A stretch of DNA of 64,000 nt from Hypanus sabinus (Eukaryota), in contig NC_082730.1 in assembly GCF_030144855.1 (NCBI RefSeq), positions 14,074,001 to 14,138,000 on the forward strand, read 5' to 3'. Position 1 is the first letter of the stretch. Every line of letters begins with the position of its first letter. Both the position numbers and the translations under genes were made by a program. Shown piece after piece: positions 12,228-25,595 of the stretch. The notes beneath the pieces are model-generated. The model ran no database searches, was not told the origin of the DNA, and saw nothing but the letters and a program-made list of their open reading frames with translations.

Positions 12228-13040
12228 TGTTATGTATCCCGTAACTGGATAACTTACCAGCAAAGATAGAGAGGTCTGTTGAAGTCTGGTGTCACTATTT
12301 TCACACGTTTTTATTTATAAAGGGACACAAAAGTAGGGTTAATACATACATTCGGATAGTGCACATCGTCAAAATTCAATCTAAAGCGCAGGTATAGTGA
12401 TACTCATCATTAAGAAGTGAGCTCTGCTGGTGTCTAGGGGTTAATAGATTGTCCGTTGGAAATATAAAAGTCACTCTGAAAGTCTGCAGGCCTCAGCCCT
12501 TTGAAAATCGCTGGGTTTTGTGTGGGGCGACCGAGAGAGAGAGATTGGGGGAGAAGAGAAAGAACTTGCCGAGTCTCGATGAATCTTCCGTGAAATCGGG
12601 GGAGCGTTGGTTTCCTCTCCCCAATGTTAGTTAAAGCGGTTTTCTGTGATTCCAGCCACAGATTCCAATCCCAGAATCTAACGCACGTGGCTTCCTTCAG
12701 AATGGCTTCCCGCTGCTGCGGGAACACTCTCTCATGTCTTCTTGGTGCGTCTAAGGGGCTGTCCCCCTGAGACTCTCCTTTATACTTCCTCACGGGATCG
12801 CAGGTGTCAATCAGGTTAGGGTGATGCAATCTCTCTCTCAACCAGCCCACCTTGCCCAAGGGCTTTTCACGTGGTCTTCATGAGACAATAGTCGCTGTTG
12901 TCTTTATTCTGTATCCCTGGTGGGACCTGCAATTTGGCATGTTTCTCTCTCTCTCTCCGATGGGGTACTACTGAAACCCCCCCCCCCCTTCAACGGGTGC
13001 TCTTGCGATTCTCACAAAGGAGGGGGCTGGGATCATAACA
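12228..13040 (-). mobile_element. Solo LTR (Gypsy-like), 813 bp
   Basis: Termini TGTTATG...CATAACA; 4-bp TSD ATGG; TATA-like (~12780) and AATAAA (~12310) on the - strand. Confidence 0.8.
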
Positions 13041-13779
13041 ATGGTAAGTACTATACCTCAATAGAGGTGTACAAAGTAAGAGGCATATATAGATTGCATA
13101 GCCAGATACACTTTCCAAGGGCTCTAATGTCTAATACAAGGGGGAATAATTTAAGGTGATTGGAGAAATGCATCGAGGGAATGTCAGAGGTTAGTTTTTA
13201 CACAGAGAGATGGAGGTACATGAAGCATCCAGCCAGGGTTGGTTGTCGAGACCAACCTCGTGTCTTCTTGGTGCGTCTAAGGGAACTGTCCCCCTGAGAT
13301 TCTCCTTTATACTTCCTTACATGGTCGCAGGTGTCAATCAGGTTGTGATGATGCAATCTCTCTCTCAACCAGCCCACCTTGCCCAAGGGCTTTTCACGTG
13401 GTCTCCATGAGATACTAGTCGCTGTTGTCTTTATTCTGTATCCCTGGTGGGACCTGCAATTAGGCACGTTTCTCTCTCTCTCTCCGATGGGGTCTACTGA
13501 ACCCCCCCCCCCCCTTTCGACGGGTGCTCTTGTGATTCTCACAAAGGAGGGGGCTGGGATCATAACAATGGTAAGTACTATACCTCAATAGAGGTGTACA
13601 AAATAAGAGGCATATATAGATTGCATAGCCAGATACACTTTCCAAGGGCTCTAATGTCTAATACAAGGGGGAATAATTTAAAGTAATTGGAGAAATGCAT
13701 CGAGGGAATGTCAGAGGTTAGTTTTTACACAGAGAGATGTAGGTACATGAAGCATCCAACCAGGGTTGGTGGTCGAGAC
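12735..13779. repeat. ~526-bp tandem duplication (LTR end plus CR1 fragment)
   Basis: 12735-13252 is repeated at 13261-13779 with high identity. Confidence 0.9.
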
Positions 13780-13988
13780 GGATACATTAGCAGCTTTAAG
13801 AAACTCTTCCAAAGATTGAAGAATCACAGAAAAGTTGAAAAGGAGAGAAAGGTTAGATTGATCCTGGAGTTGGTTAAGAGATCAGTGCAACATGGTGGGC
13901 CAAAGGGCATGTACTGTGCTGTAATGTTCAATGTTTTACGTTCCAATTCATGGAAACCATTTGGGAGCATCTACTGTCCTGGACCTAC

Positions 13989-14079
13989 CTTTTTGTCTCT
14001 CGTGAACCATGTGACAGCCATAGTCCAGATCCGCAGCAGAGCAAAGAGGACCCAACGTCCCACTCTCCATATCATGTAA
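13989..14079 (-). CDS. Transmembrane exon with Arg (YMIWRVGRWVLFALLRIWTMAVTWFTRDKK)
   Basis: cccctttgttcag acceptor and gtaggt donor; 91 nt, phase 2 to 0. Hydrophobic helix followed by a basic stop-transfer stretch. Confidence 0.8.
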
Positions 14080-14430
14080 CTGAACAAAGGGGAAGAGATA
14101 CAGAATCAGTGGCAGGAGAGGAGACACCTTTGCATTTCAAGTATTTACCTCCTGGTTCCTCTATGAAATGAGTGAAGTGGAGCAATAAAAGTGAATTGGA
14201 ATCCCATCACTGATCACAGAGTAATAATGTTAGGCTAATTGTGCACCAAATTACATTTACATTTGCATTCGTTCCCATATTCAGGCACCGGAGGTGTGAA
14301 GATACTGCTGGGGAACATATACAGTTAAAGCAGCAAAGCTGGGTATTAGAAGTAGTTTAGAATTTAAAATAAAATAATCAATTAAGACATTGAAAATATA
14401 GAACATGAGCAATTTTTCAGGAAATATATA

Positions 14431-15087
14431 TGTAATGCTCTGCATCATATTTTTACTGTTACTGTTTGTATTTCAGTTTCTGCTGTTCTGTGGGAGCTGC
14501 TTCTTTTCAGCTTATATTTGGGTTATTGTTCAAGATAAGAGATGAGGTGAAACCTGTGCCATCCAATTAGGATGGTCGCGTTGAAAGGGAGGTTTATCTG
14601 GTGAGGGACACTAAGGTTGGGCTTGGGGCTTTTTTTGTTGGAGAGGAGATGAGGAGGGAAGACGCTGGGGAGAACTGGTCGTAGCGTACAATCTGGTGGG
14701 AGACTGTTTGAGATGGATTGCGAGTGACATTTGGAAGGTGGTGTGAGCTTTCACTTTGACCGAGGGCCCAGCGCGTGAGTGTAGGTGAAGTACAAGATGA
14801 GCTCCAACTTGTACACATCTAACTTTTTAATTAGAATGGGCCCTTTTGTTTTCATTAGTCTTCACTAACCCTTCAGTTAAGATTCATTAATATAATACCT
14901 TTAATCATATGCAGTGTACTGTCTGTTATTTTGTGGCATTGATTTGTAACACGGTAGTAAATGACACAGAATCCACACAGACCGGGGTTTGGGGTGGGAT
15001 CGAGTGCGCCTCAATCTCATGATTTTGCCGGGGCCGGAGGTTGTCTTTCCAAGATTTATGCAGCCGAGGAAACCAGGGTGTTTCACA
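14431..15087. mobile_element. Probable solo LTR, 657 bp
   Basis: TGT...ACA termini with imperfect inverted ends and TATA 4-bp TSD. Confidence 0.55.
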
Positions 15088-15384
15088 TATACATCCCTGA
15101 AAACTTCAGCTGGTATGTGAGAGAAGATTGATTGAAACAAATGCAGGATATCTAACAAACAGAAATGGAGGAATTTATAATGGGCACAAAAACACAAGAC
15201 CAGTTCAATACATTGATATTTTTTTTCTTTTGTCCATTTTCACCACATTTGCTTGTACCAGTGTCAGGCCAATTGTTCTATAATTTCCTCTTTTCTCTCT
15301 ACCTCCTTTTTAAAATAGAATGGTTAGCATCTCTCCAATTTATTGGAATTAAAAATGGCCAGCAGTGCATCTATTATTTCTCAT

Positions 15385-15955
15385 GCCAATTGAAGTCAAG
15401 TCAAGTCAGTTTTATTGTCATATCGACCATAACTGCTTGTACAGTACATTGTAAAAATGAGACTACATTTTTCAGGACCATGGTGTTACATGACACATTA
15501 CAAAAACTAGGCTGAACTATGTAGAAAAACAACACAGAGAAAAAAAAACACAAACAACTACACTAGACTAGAGACCTACACAGGACTGCATAAAGCGCAC
15601 AAAACAGTGCAGGCATTACAATAAATAATAAACCGGACAAGGTGTCAGTCCAGGCGCTGGGTATTGAGGGGTCTGATACCTTGGGGGAAGAAACTGATAT
15701 ATAGTCTGGTTGTGAGAGGCCAAATGCTTCGGTGCCTTTTCCCAGACAGCAGGAGGGAGAAGAGATTGTATGAGGGGTGCGTGGGGTCCTTCATGATGCT
15801 GTTTGCTTTGGGATGCAGTGAGTAGTGTAAATGTTCTGGATGGCGGGAAGAGAGGCCCTGATGATCTTCTCAGCTGACCTCACAATCTGCTGCATGGTCT
15901 TGCGATCCGAGAGGGTGCAATTTCCGAACCAGGCAGTGAGGCAGCTGCTCAGGTT
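15385..15955 (-). mobile_element. Non-LTR retrotransposon 3' fragment (DUF1891-type C-terminus)
   Basis: LSSCLTAWFGNC...DRKTMQQIVRSAEKII; (gactt)n-type tail. Confidence 0.75.
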
Positions 15956-16555
15956 CCTTGTGTTCTCTGGGATGTAGAGTATCACAACCTGGAGATTTAT
16001 TGGTTTTCAATCACATCAGTTTTCCCATCACCATTGTGATATTATTGGTGAACATTGACTTTCCACCTTTCAATATACGTACTCTCTGATCTCCAGTATT
16101 TCTGGGAGTGTATTTGTTTCCCATATCTCTGCATCTCTCCACCACTGAGAATAATAACTCAATTTTTCTTGAATACAGGTTCACCACTTTCTGGGAGCAG
16201 AAATCTTCCCAAATCCAAGTCGTAAATGGCTCTGATCTAATGTCACTTGTGACATCCCAGAAATCAGTCTGCTGATCCTCGGCTCGCCTCCCCCAAGACA
16301 AGAACATCTTTCATCCGATCAAATTTGCTGACAAGCCTGGAGGCCCGAGAGCAAGGAACAAGTTGAAGTCAGACAGATTTAAGCTTCGGGCCTGAAGGGA
16401 AATGTCGCATACAAGCTGAATCGAGGCAGTGGGTCCCACGCTCAAGAGCGTAACGAAGTGGCAGGGTCTGCATCCAAGAGTGAGGACCAACTTGCTGTTT
16501 GGCTGATTTAAGCACTGGGCCAGAGTGAAAATGTCAGGGCTGGAGGAGAGGAACA
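15931..16555. repeat. ~625-bp segment directly duplicated at ~49940-50556
   Basis: Near-identical sequence; twin 98-aa ORFs 16011-16307 and 50021-50317. Confidence 0.9.
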
Positions 16556-18018
16556 GACATCTGTGAGGCCAACTGCTCTGCATTGAACTGAGGCTGCGGC
16601 CTACAACTTGCAGGTCCTAGTTCAGCTGAGATTGTATTCATGGCTGTGGACTCACTTTCATGAACTTCAGTCCTGAACGTTAATTGCTTACTATCACTGT
16701 ATGAATTATTTGCTTTTTTTCCTGCACAATGCATGTTTCACAGTCTTTTTCTAATGGGTTCAATTGGGTTTCACTTTTTGTGGCTGCCTGTAAGGAGACA
16801 AATTTCAAGACTGTATACTTTGATAATAAATATAGTTTGAATTTATTTCCAACTGATAAAATCCCTGTAACATTACTGTTTTTCATGCTTTTTACTTCAT
16901 TCAAATCTTCTCTCTGCGTCTGAATACAACTTACATTCTTTATGTCCTGCTGCACCTGCATGTTTATCTTCAGTGAAAGATGTACAAGGACACACAAAAC
17001 TCATTATATTCCCCCCTTTTCTAGACTATATCAATCCAGGTAATTATCTACATTCTTTTTATTGCCACTCTATAACAATATGAATTGTTTTTGCTTAATA
17101 ATTTCTGATTGGCTGAATTTGGGAAACGGTAAGACCCAATTCAACTTATCCAAGCCCCCAGCGGTTTAGTGGTTGAGTGGTTCCAATTTAACCCTAACGT
17201 GTACAATAATGCTTCTGGCCTTGAAACGACTCATTAGAGGATTCATTTGAGCTCAATCATTTTACACTTCTGCTTGGAGACTCAGTGAACTTGGATTCAC
17301 AGATTTTAGAGGTCACATCTCACAATTCCATCCACTAGGAAAAGATATGTTGGTTTCCAGGACACAGACTTTCACAATCCATGTGATTTCTGAACATTTT
17401 GTCAAGATACAACTGCTTTGATTTTATGACTCAGCACATTTTCTGTAAAATACAGAACAGATAATTGTTTATAAATTCAGGCAGAGCAAATATGGACAAA
17501 AGTCTACAAGGAACACTGCCATGAGAAAGCAGCAACTATCATCAAGGACTGTGACCATCCAGGCCATGGTTTCTTCACGCTGCTGCTATTGAGGAGGTGA
17601 TCTCACCCCAACAGGTTCAGAAACAGTTATTACCCTTCAACCATCAGGCTCCTGAACCAGCATGGATACCTTCACTCACTTCAACAGATTCCACAACCAG
17701 TGGACACTTTCAAGAACACAATAACTTATGTTCTCAATATTATTACTTTTTACTTATTAATAATTTGTTACTTTTCTATTTGCACAGTTTGTCTACATTT
17801 CAAAATTGGTTGTTTATACATTTGACTGTATGTAGTTTTTCATTGATTTTGTCTTATGAATTTGTATCGCCTCTGAATGTCAGCAAGAAAATGGATCTCA
17901 GGATCGTATAAAATGACAAATATGGGCTTCGACAATACATTTACTTTAAACTTTGCAGTAGATTATCCCAGAAGGACTATCTGATCAGAGGCAGGAGACC
18001 CTGTGGTGCGTGACTCAC

Positions 18019-18052
18019 GTTTGAACTGTTGTGCTGAAAGGCTTTTCATTCT
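18019..18052 (-). CDS. Short stalk exon (ENEKPFSTTVQT)
   Basis: cctttcag acceptor and gtgagt donor; phase 1 to 2 bridges the C2 and TM exons. Confidence 0.6.
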
Positions 18053-18180
18053 CTGAAAGGTGGTGACAACATACACTCCATGCTCCTGAGTGAAGTTCCA
18101 ACAACACAATATCCAGTACACATCAGTCATTCAGTTGTACTCCATCACCATCATAAAGAATCAAACCCTGCACCACTTAC

Positions 18181-18502
18181 CTGTGCTGCTGACTTCAATC
18201 ACATTTCTGCAGGTGCTGACACTGTTGGAGATGGACACATTGACCATTTCACTGGACTTTTCTCCTTGATTATTTGAGGCTTTGCAATAATACAGATTTT
18301 TTTTTGTATTTTAAGGATTGATAATGTAGATCCAGTTTGTTGGTGTCAGAGATCTTTGAATCCCCAGATGGTGTCTTTTCATACCATGAGTACTGAATGG
18401 GAAGGAATCCATGGACAGACTCGCAGGACACTGACATGGAGTCCCCACAACTTGAGCCATTTGGTGGTGGTGAAAATTGAAGCAAAGGAACAGACGGGGG
18501 TT
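18181..18502 (-). pseudogene. Ig C2-like exon with frameshift in an A9 run
   Basis: ttccacag|PPSVPLLQF...SVSCES...IQYSWYEK...LDLHY then shift at 18297-18305 to YYCKASNNQGEKSSEMVNVSI...SST|gtaagt; 322 nt. Confidence 0.85.
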
Positions 18503-19004
18503 CTGTGGAAAAGTATCAGTGAACATCTGAAAATCAAACACTCTGAAGATTTCAGCAATTTTGTATCTCAACCAGGACCGAACACTTTGGAATCTCAGCA
18601 GCTCATCGACCTCTCTGAGTCTCCGAATCCTCGCAGCTGCCTGACCTGCCGTGTCTCCCATTATCCCAGAACACAGCAGGACTCCAGATCAGGACAGCAG
18701 TGATGACACTGAGTATGGGTCAGTGTGGAAATCAGAGTTACAATCTCTCTCAGCATCAAGGAGACAGTCTAGGGGGTCACCTAACAGTTTGACATTGGAA
18801 TGGCAACATTTGTGTGTGTCCTGGAAAACTCCCCATCATGTGAAAGTAGGATATTGTCAGATATGTACAAAATGAGTGGTGACTTTTGGGACAGACTATA
18901 ATTGTTACTGGTGTTAGTGACTGACAGCAGCAAGGGGACCCATGAGTATTGATATCGATATGAAGCCAATAAGAAATCATAGGTGACTGGAGAACTAGAA
19001 AGAC

Positions 19005-19440
19005 CACAGGCCATAAGACAATAAGATATAGCAGTGGAATTAGGCCATTCAGTCCATTGAATCTGCTCCACCATTCAATCATGGCTGCTTTATTATCCCT
19101 CTTTATCTATTCTCCTGCCTTCTCTTTGTATCTTTTGATGCCCTTAAGAATCAACCTCTGCTTTAAATATACCCAATGATTTGGCCTCCACAGCTTGCTG
19201 TGGCAATGCATTTCACAGATTCACCAGCTTTTGGCTAAAGAAATTCCCCCTCAACTCTCTGTTCAAGGACATGCTTCGATTCGGAGTCTGTGCCCTCTTG
19301 TCCTAGATGTTTGCACTGTAGGAAACCTCCTCTCCACACCCACTGGGTTTTTCAATGCTCGATAGCTTTCCACGAGATCTTCCCTCATTCTTCTAAACAC
19401 CAACGAGTACAGGCCCAACGCCTTCAAGTACTCCTGATAC
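19005..19440 (-). mobile_element. CR1 3' end fragment
   Basis: Typical cataaga tail and 'ttcacagattcacca' CR1 3' sequence; similar fragments at ~310-460 and 23315-23585. Confidence 0.65.
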
Positions 19441-20304
19441 ATTAGGGAAGATTGAATTCAAGTTGAATATAATTTCCAGTTTTGATACACGGTCCAAAGA
19501 CCTACTAATTGGTAGGTTAATTGATCACTGTAAATTGTCTCATGATTAGGCTAGGGCTAAATCTGAGGATTGCTGAGAGGCAATGCTCAAAGGGCATAAT
19601 CCACGCTATACCTCAATCAATCAATCAATATATACGTAGTTACCTGGATTGGAGTGTATTAGCCATGGACAGAAGTAGGAAAAACTTGGATTCTTTTTGC
19701 TGGACTGTAGGAAGCTGAGGGGATTCCTGATAGAAGGTTATAAAATCATAGAAGTCAGAGATAGGGAAGATAGTCAGAATCATTTTTGTGGGTGCTGGGG
19801 AGTGGATTCCTGGAGCACATTGACAGGGACAAAGAGAGTCAGCATGTGGTAGAAGGGGGAGTGACTGATCCATGAAGCAGGGATGGGTAGTGGAAAAGTC
19901 TGCTGTGGGAGAACTGAATGAAGTCTGTTTAGCTCTGGAACTGATTCCCTTTTTATGAATTTCAAGCTATTCACACCATGAGAAACACGTTTGTTATTGA
20001 CCTATTAACATCAGACCATTTGTTTTGGACTGAATTCAAACCTCTGACAGTGTGAAATTTTACACAGTTCAGTGGCAGGAAAATGTACTGAGCCTCCCAC
20101 TGGAAATTGGTGTCCCGTCAGTGGATCAGACCCCCTACTGAATGAGAGCATCATGAGAAGGGATTCTCCGTTCCTAGCCCACAACCCGCAGGACTCTGCC
20201 CCACTGTGGAGCCTCCGGATATCCGTGCTGTCCTCACTCCAACTAGGGAAAATATGAATCAGACATTTCAGTGGAGACGTCAAGACAATATACGAGAAAC
20301 CTAC

Positions 20305-20625
20305 CGCTAGAAATGTCTACAACAATCTCAAAAGTTGGATCATTGCCAGATGTTGTAATTCCACATCTGTAAGCTCCTGACTCCTGAGGGACAAGATTCT
20401 CCATAGTAACAGTAAATATTCCCAGGGACGTGTTATCTCTGATTGTCATTCTTCCATGAAGCTCATTTGTCCCATTTGCATTCACTGACAATGTCCCTTG
20501 GCGATCCCACATTGGGTACCAGTACTTTGTGTGTGAATGGTACATTAGTGCATAGTGACAATCGATTGTGACCGTTCTTCCCACAACTCCTCTTACTTTA
20601 TCTTCTGCCCATAAAGCACCTGAAA
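20305..20625 (-). CDS. Ig V exon 2, open frame
   Basis: tgtctcag|SGALWAEDKVRGVVGRTVTIDCHY...KYW...FTVTMENLVPQESGAYRCGI...VDISS|gtaggt; 321 nt, phase 1/1. Confidence 0.9.
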
Positions 20626-21089
20626 CTGAGACAGAAATTCTTCATTAAATGGACCGATAAAATAAAATTTACACAAGCAGATTCAAGATTGTTTAATCTT
20701 ATTTCCTGTACACAAGTGTAAAAGAGAACAAAATCATTGTTACTCTGGATCTGATGGGGAACAATAAAAACACAATATAAAGAACAGAATAAAATTCAAT
20801 ATGTTTTATTTAAAGCTGTTGCTGTGTTCTAAGGAATCTGCGACACTATCAATTGGTACAATTGAATTCCACATGGACTGAGAAGACAACAGCATCGTCC
20901 CTCATCTCGTGCTCACAGCTCTTCACAAGTAATGATTTTTATTTGATTGGAGTCTTCATTGTCACTGCCCACTAATGTCTCAGTGTGTTTCCACATTTCT
21001 GAGTCAATAGATTACTGATCCAGTCCCATTCCAGACAGGTGAGCACAAGGTCAGTGGTGGGTGACTTACTGGAGCCAATTGAGTGAGAC

Positions 21090-22650
21090 AGGATCTACCT
21101 GAATTTGAAAAGGCAAGATCTGACCTGGGATAGTCAACATGATTTTGTGCATGGGAAATCTTCTCTCCAAAAATATGACTGAGTTTTTTGATGATGGAAG
21201 CAGTGAGATTGTGATGGTGAGGATTTGGCTTTCTGACAACACCAGACTTTATCACCGGTGATGTGCCATTGGGATCAGTGCTGTTATTTGTAACCACTGT
21301 TATTTGTCATCAATATGAAAGTTTGTAATTATAATGTAGGTAACATGATTAATAATGTGTGGATGACACTGTAGTGTGGTGGACAGTGGAAAGAGTTGTC
21401 CAAGTTTACAAAGGGACCTGGAAGATGATCCAGTGTTCAGCCCTGTTACTCTGTGCTAGCAACGACCCTGAGTTGGGCCTGTTCCATCTGCCTGCATTTG
21501 ACCCATCTCCCTCTCTTGTCGTTACTACCATCAGGTGGGAGATGCCGGAGTCGTGGGGCCCACACCACCAGGTTTGTCAGCACTTGCCGATCTGCAGCTG
21601 TCGGGTTCCTGGATTGGCTTCACCCATCTCAGTGCTGAACTGACTCCGCAGCTCGGGACTCACTTTCGGGGACTCTGCGTCTCATGTTCCATGTATTAAT
21701 TGTTTACATATTTTTATTATTTGCACCATTCATCCTCTTTTGCACATTAGGTGTTTGTCAGTCTTTGTTGTGTGTGGTTTGTCGTGGATTCTATTGTGTT
21801 ACTTTGCTTTGCGGGTATCTGCGAAAAGATGAATCTCTAGATTGTTTATGGTATACAGAGTTTGGTAATTTGAACTTGGAAGGTGGCCAATGGAACAGGT
21901 GATGGAATTGAACTCAGGCATTTTGGGAAATTAAACAAGGACACAACTTACACTGTAGGGAACGAGGCGTGCAACTACATTGGGCCCTGAAAGTGGCAAC
22001 ACAGGTGGACTAAGTGTTGAACAAGGAGTATGGCCAGCTTACCTTCATTGGATGGGGCATTAAGTATAGTTGGAATGACATGTTACAACTATAAAGGATG
22101 TTGACCAGACCTCACCTTGTCTGCCCTGTACAGTTCCAGTGGAAGAGTGTGATTCAATTACAGAAGGTACAGAAAAAATTCACAAAGATGGCGGAAAACA
22201 AAGTTGCTCCTGGGACTGGAGGGTTTGGGTTATCGATAGGCTGGGACTGTTTTCCCTGAAGTGAACACAGCTGAGCGGTGACCTGATAAATGTTTACAAA
22301 TTAAGAGTGGCAAAGGTATGGTGGATAATCACGGTCTTTATCCCAAGTTAGAGAAGTTGGAAACGTAAGAGCCTCAGGTTAAGGTGAGAGGGGAAAGTCT
22401 TGGAGGGGAGGAGGGGGCGGAGTTTTCCACACAGAGCAGTGTGTACGTGGAAAAAGCTGCAAAAGGAAGTGCCAGAGGTGGGTACACATCCAATGTTTCA
22501 AATAGATTTGGACAAGTTCATGGACAGGAAAGCTTTAGAAGGATACCAGCCAATTGTGAGGAAATGGGAGAAGCTCAGGAAGACACTGGAGTCAGCATGG
22601 ACGATTTGGGCCAAAGCACCTGTTTCCTCAACCAATATCTCTATGACTCT
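21090..22650 (+). mobile_element. Old CR1 RT fragments interrupted by another LINE 3' end (~21500-21880)
   Basis: agtcaacatgattttgtg (SQHGF-like) and CR1 C-terminal remnants. Confidence 0.6.
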
Positions 22651-23959
22651 GTTGCATCCTCTCTTAATTGTAACATACTTTTCAAAGGTTAATATCAGAA
22701 TTCTATTTTATTGCATTGGTGTGACAGCTTATTGGATCACAGCCAATCATATTGCAGTACGATTTCAAAATTCAAAGTACATTTAATGTCAAAGTATGAA
22801 TACTATATTCAGCCTTCAGATTTTCTGTTTACAAGCAGCTGCAAAACAAAAAAAAACTATAGAATCCATTAAAAAACACTGTCAAATGCACAATGTGTAG
22901 TAAAAAAACTAAACCATGCAAAAAATAAAAGTAGATTTGGAACTGAAATTCACAACTGTGAGTCCACAGCTATAAAGCCAGTCATCACTGCAGCCAGTGA
23001 AGGAGCCGTTAATTACTGTGCAGGCCACCGGCTCAGACCAGCACAGAGACGGGTTAACCTCGTGGAGCTGCAAGCTGAAGACTTGCCCATCCTTCGCATA
23101 GGACCGACATTCCTGCACAGTTTTGCATGAATTTTGAAAGCTTATTATGCTGTTCACAGTCTTTAAATGCAGCAGACTTGTTCATATCTGTACATGGACT
23201 CAAATTTCCTTCCCATATCTCAAAGTGAGTGAGGTATTTCAATCAGCTGTCTGAATCTCAGTTTCAGTGGTCAATAATTTACTTGGACTGTTCACGAAAT
23301 TCTAAAGCTAGTGATGACCATAAGACACAGGAGCAGAATTAAACCATTTCGCCCGTAGAGTCTGCCCCACCATTCCATCATGGCTGAGTTATTATCCCAC
23401 TCAATCCCATTCTCCTGAGTTCTCCCTGTAATCGCTGATGTCTTTATTAAACATGAAACTATCGTGCTCCATTTTCAACACACCCAATGATTTGGCCTCA
23501 AAAGCCGTCTGTGATAAGTAATTCCACACATTCAACACCCTCTGGCTAAATAAATTCCTCGTCATCTCCGTTCTAATGAACGGGCTCTGTTTGTTGTACA
23601 TGTGGAATGTGTGATGTTTCCCTGGGGTGGTCCTGTTTCCACCCACATTCTAAAGACATATTGGAAAGATTAATTGGTCTTTGCTGATTGTCCTGTGATT
23701 AGGATATCGTTAATCGGGTTTGCCAAGGGTTGCTGGGCCTGTGTGGCTTGTAGGGCTGGAGGGACCAACACTGCACTCTATTGGTAAATAAATCAAATAA
23801 AGGGACGTCCTTGCTTTCTGAGGATGATTTTTCAGACAAGATTTCCCCGTATGGAAACCATATTTTATCAAATACCTCCAAGTACCCCAAAACCTTCTTC
23901 TTAACAATGGACTCAGAGGGTGGAGCAAAGTCAAGATGATGCTAAATGGCAACTGCTTT

Positions 23960-24490
23960 GAAACATGGAAACATAGAAAACCTACAGCACAATACAAGCC
24001 CTTTGGCCCACAATGCAATGCTGAACACGTACATACATTAGAAATTCCCTAGGGTTACATGTACCTATCCTGGAGTCTGTTAAAAGACCTTATCCACCAC
24101 TGTCACCAGCAGCCCATTCCACACACTCACTACTCTCTGCCCCTGACATCGCGTCTGTACCTGCTTCCCTGAAACTTAGAACTGTGACCTCTCATGTTAG
24201 CCATTTCAGCCCTGGGACAAAGCCTCTGACTATCCACACGATCAATGACTCTCATCATATTGTACACCTCTATCAGGTCATCTTTCATCCTCCACCACCC
24301 CAAGGAGAAACAATCGAGTTCACTCAAACTATTCTCATAAGGCACATTTCCCCATCCAGGCAACATCCTTGTAAATCTCCTCTGCACCCTTTCTATGGTG
24401 TCTACATCCTTCCTGTAGTGAGGTGACCAGAAATGAGCACAGTACTCCAAGTGGGGTCTGACCATGGTTCTATATAGCTGTAACATTACC
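23960..24490 (-). mobile_element. CR1 ORF2 3' end
   Basis: MLQLYRTMVRPHLEYCAHFWSPHYRKD...VQRRFTRM; aacatagaa tail. Confidence 0.9.
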
Positions 24491-25595
24491 AGTTTGCTTG
24501 CATCTTCTGAAATGGCTCTGTTTCTGTTTTTGATACATGTTTTTGTTTCCTTATCAAGGTTCTTTGAAAGACTGAGTCTGATGTCAGATATCTGTGGGAA
24601 TGGGACCCGCTATCGGAGCCTCACGACCAGCCTTGATACCCCAAGGACGCGGCCTGGAAGACGAGTGTGCATTCAGGGTGCCGGAATTTCGTGGCTCTGG
24701 AGACAGGCTGATTCCAGGCCAGTGCCCCGACTGAGGCGTCACTGGAGAACATGGAACATCGGGAGCAGCAGGTTAGCTGCTGGCTGTGTGTCCTGAGACC
24801 TGAGCCCTGGGGCCGACTCTCTGGGCGCAGAGCTCGGAACTAGTGATGCAACAGCCATTTAACATTGTAAATCAATGAGTTGTTTGTTGTGTGTCCCTTC
24901 TCACTGAGATACGGGGACACCTCTTTTTCCCTTATTAGGAAGAGAGAGACCCTGTAGTAAATTGAATAACAGGGTGATCAAGTAGTTTTTAGGGTTCCGC
25001 AAGTCTGTGTCTTTATTGTCTGAGTGCCCAGTGTAGGGTGCCGGTGCTTTTTTTGCTTGTGTGGGAAGGAGGGGTTCGTTGCCTTGTCACTGCTTGTGTG
25101 TGGGAGGGGGGAGTTGGGGTGTGGGGCTTTGGGCTCTAACATTTAACTGTCATTCATTCTTTGGGCCACTCCTCTGTTTTCGTGGATATTTGCAAAGAAA
25201 AAGCTTGTTCTTAATGATGGACTCCAACATCTTCCCAACCACTGATGTCATGCTAACTGGTCTATAATTTCCTTTCTTTTGCCTCCCTTCCTTCTTAAAG
25301 ACTGGAGTGAAATTTTCAAATATCCAGTCCTCCAGAACAATCCAGAGTCTAGTTCTTCTTGAAAGTTCACCACTAATGCCTCCATAACCTCTTCAGCTAT
25401 TTCTTTCAGAACGTTGGGGTGCAGTCAATCTGGTCTAGGTGATTAACCCACTTGCAGATCTGTCCTTCCTTTTCATTTTATGAGCGTCACTGTCTCAAAA
25501 CTCAATCCTAGTCTGGCCTTTTCAAAGCAGAAGCCAGAAGTATGAATGGAATGCCCTCAATTTGTCCGGAAGTGCAAATTCCAACTATGTTTGAG

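Noticed and set aside
12228-13567. Two LTR ends suggesting a full LTR element
   Set aside because: The second end comes from a tandem duplication including the flank; there is no internal gag/pol.
16011-16307. 98-aa ORF conserved at 50021-50317
   Set aside because: Explained by a recent near-identical duplication; it contains CR1-like scraps and no recognisable domain.
14250-17445. Other candidate small exons on the - strand (~14260-14307, ~16935-16967, ~17445)
   Set aside because: Splice-like signals exist but phases or stops are incompatible with the stalk-to-TM frame.
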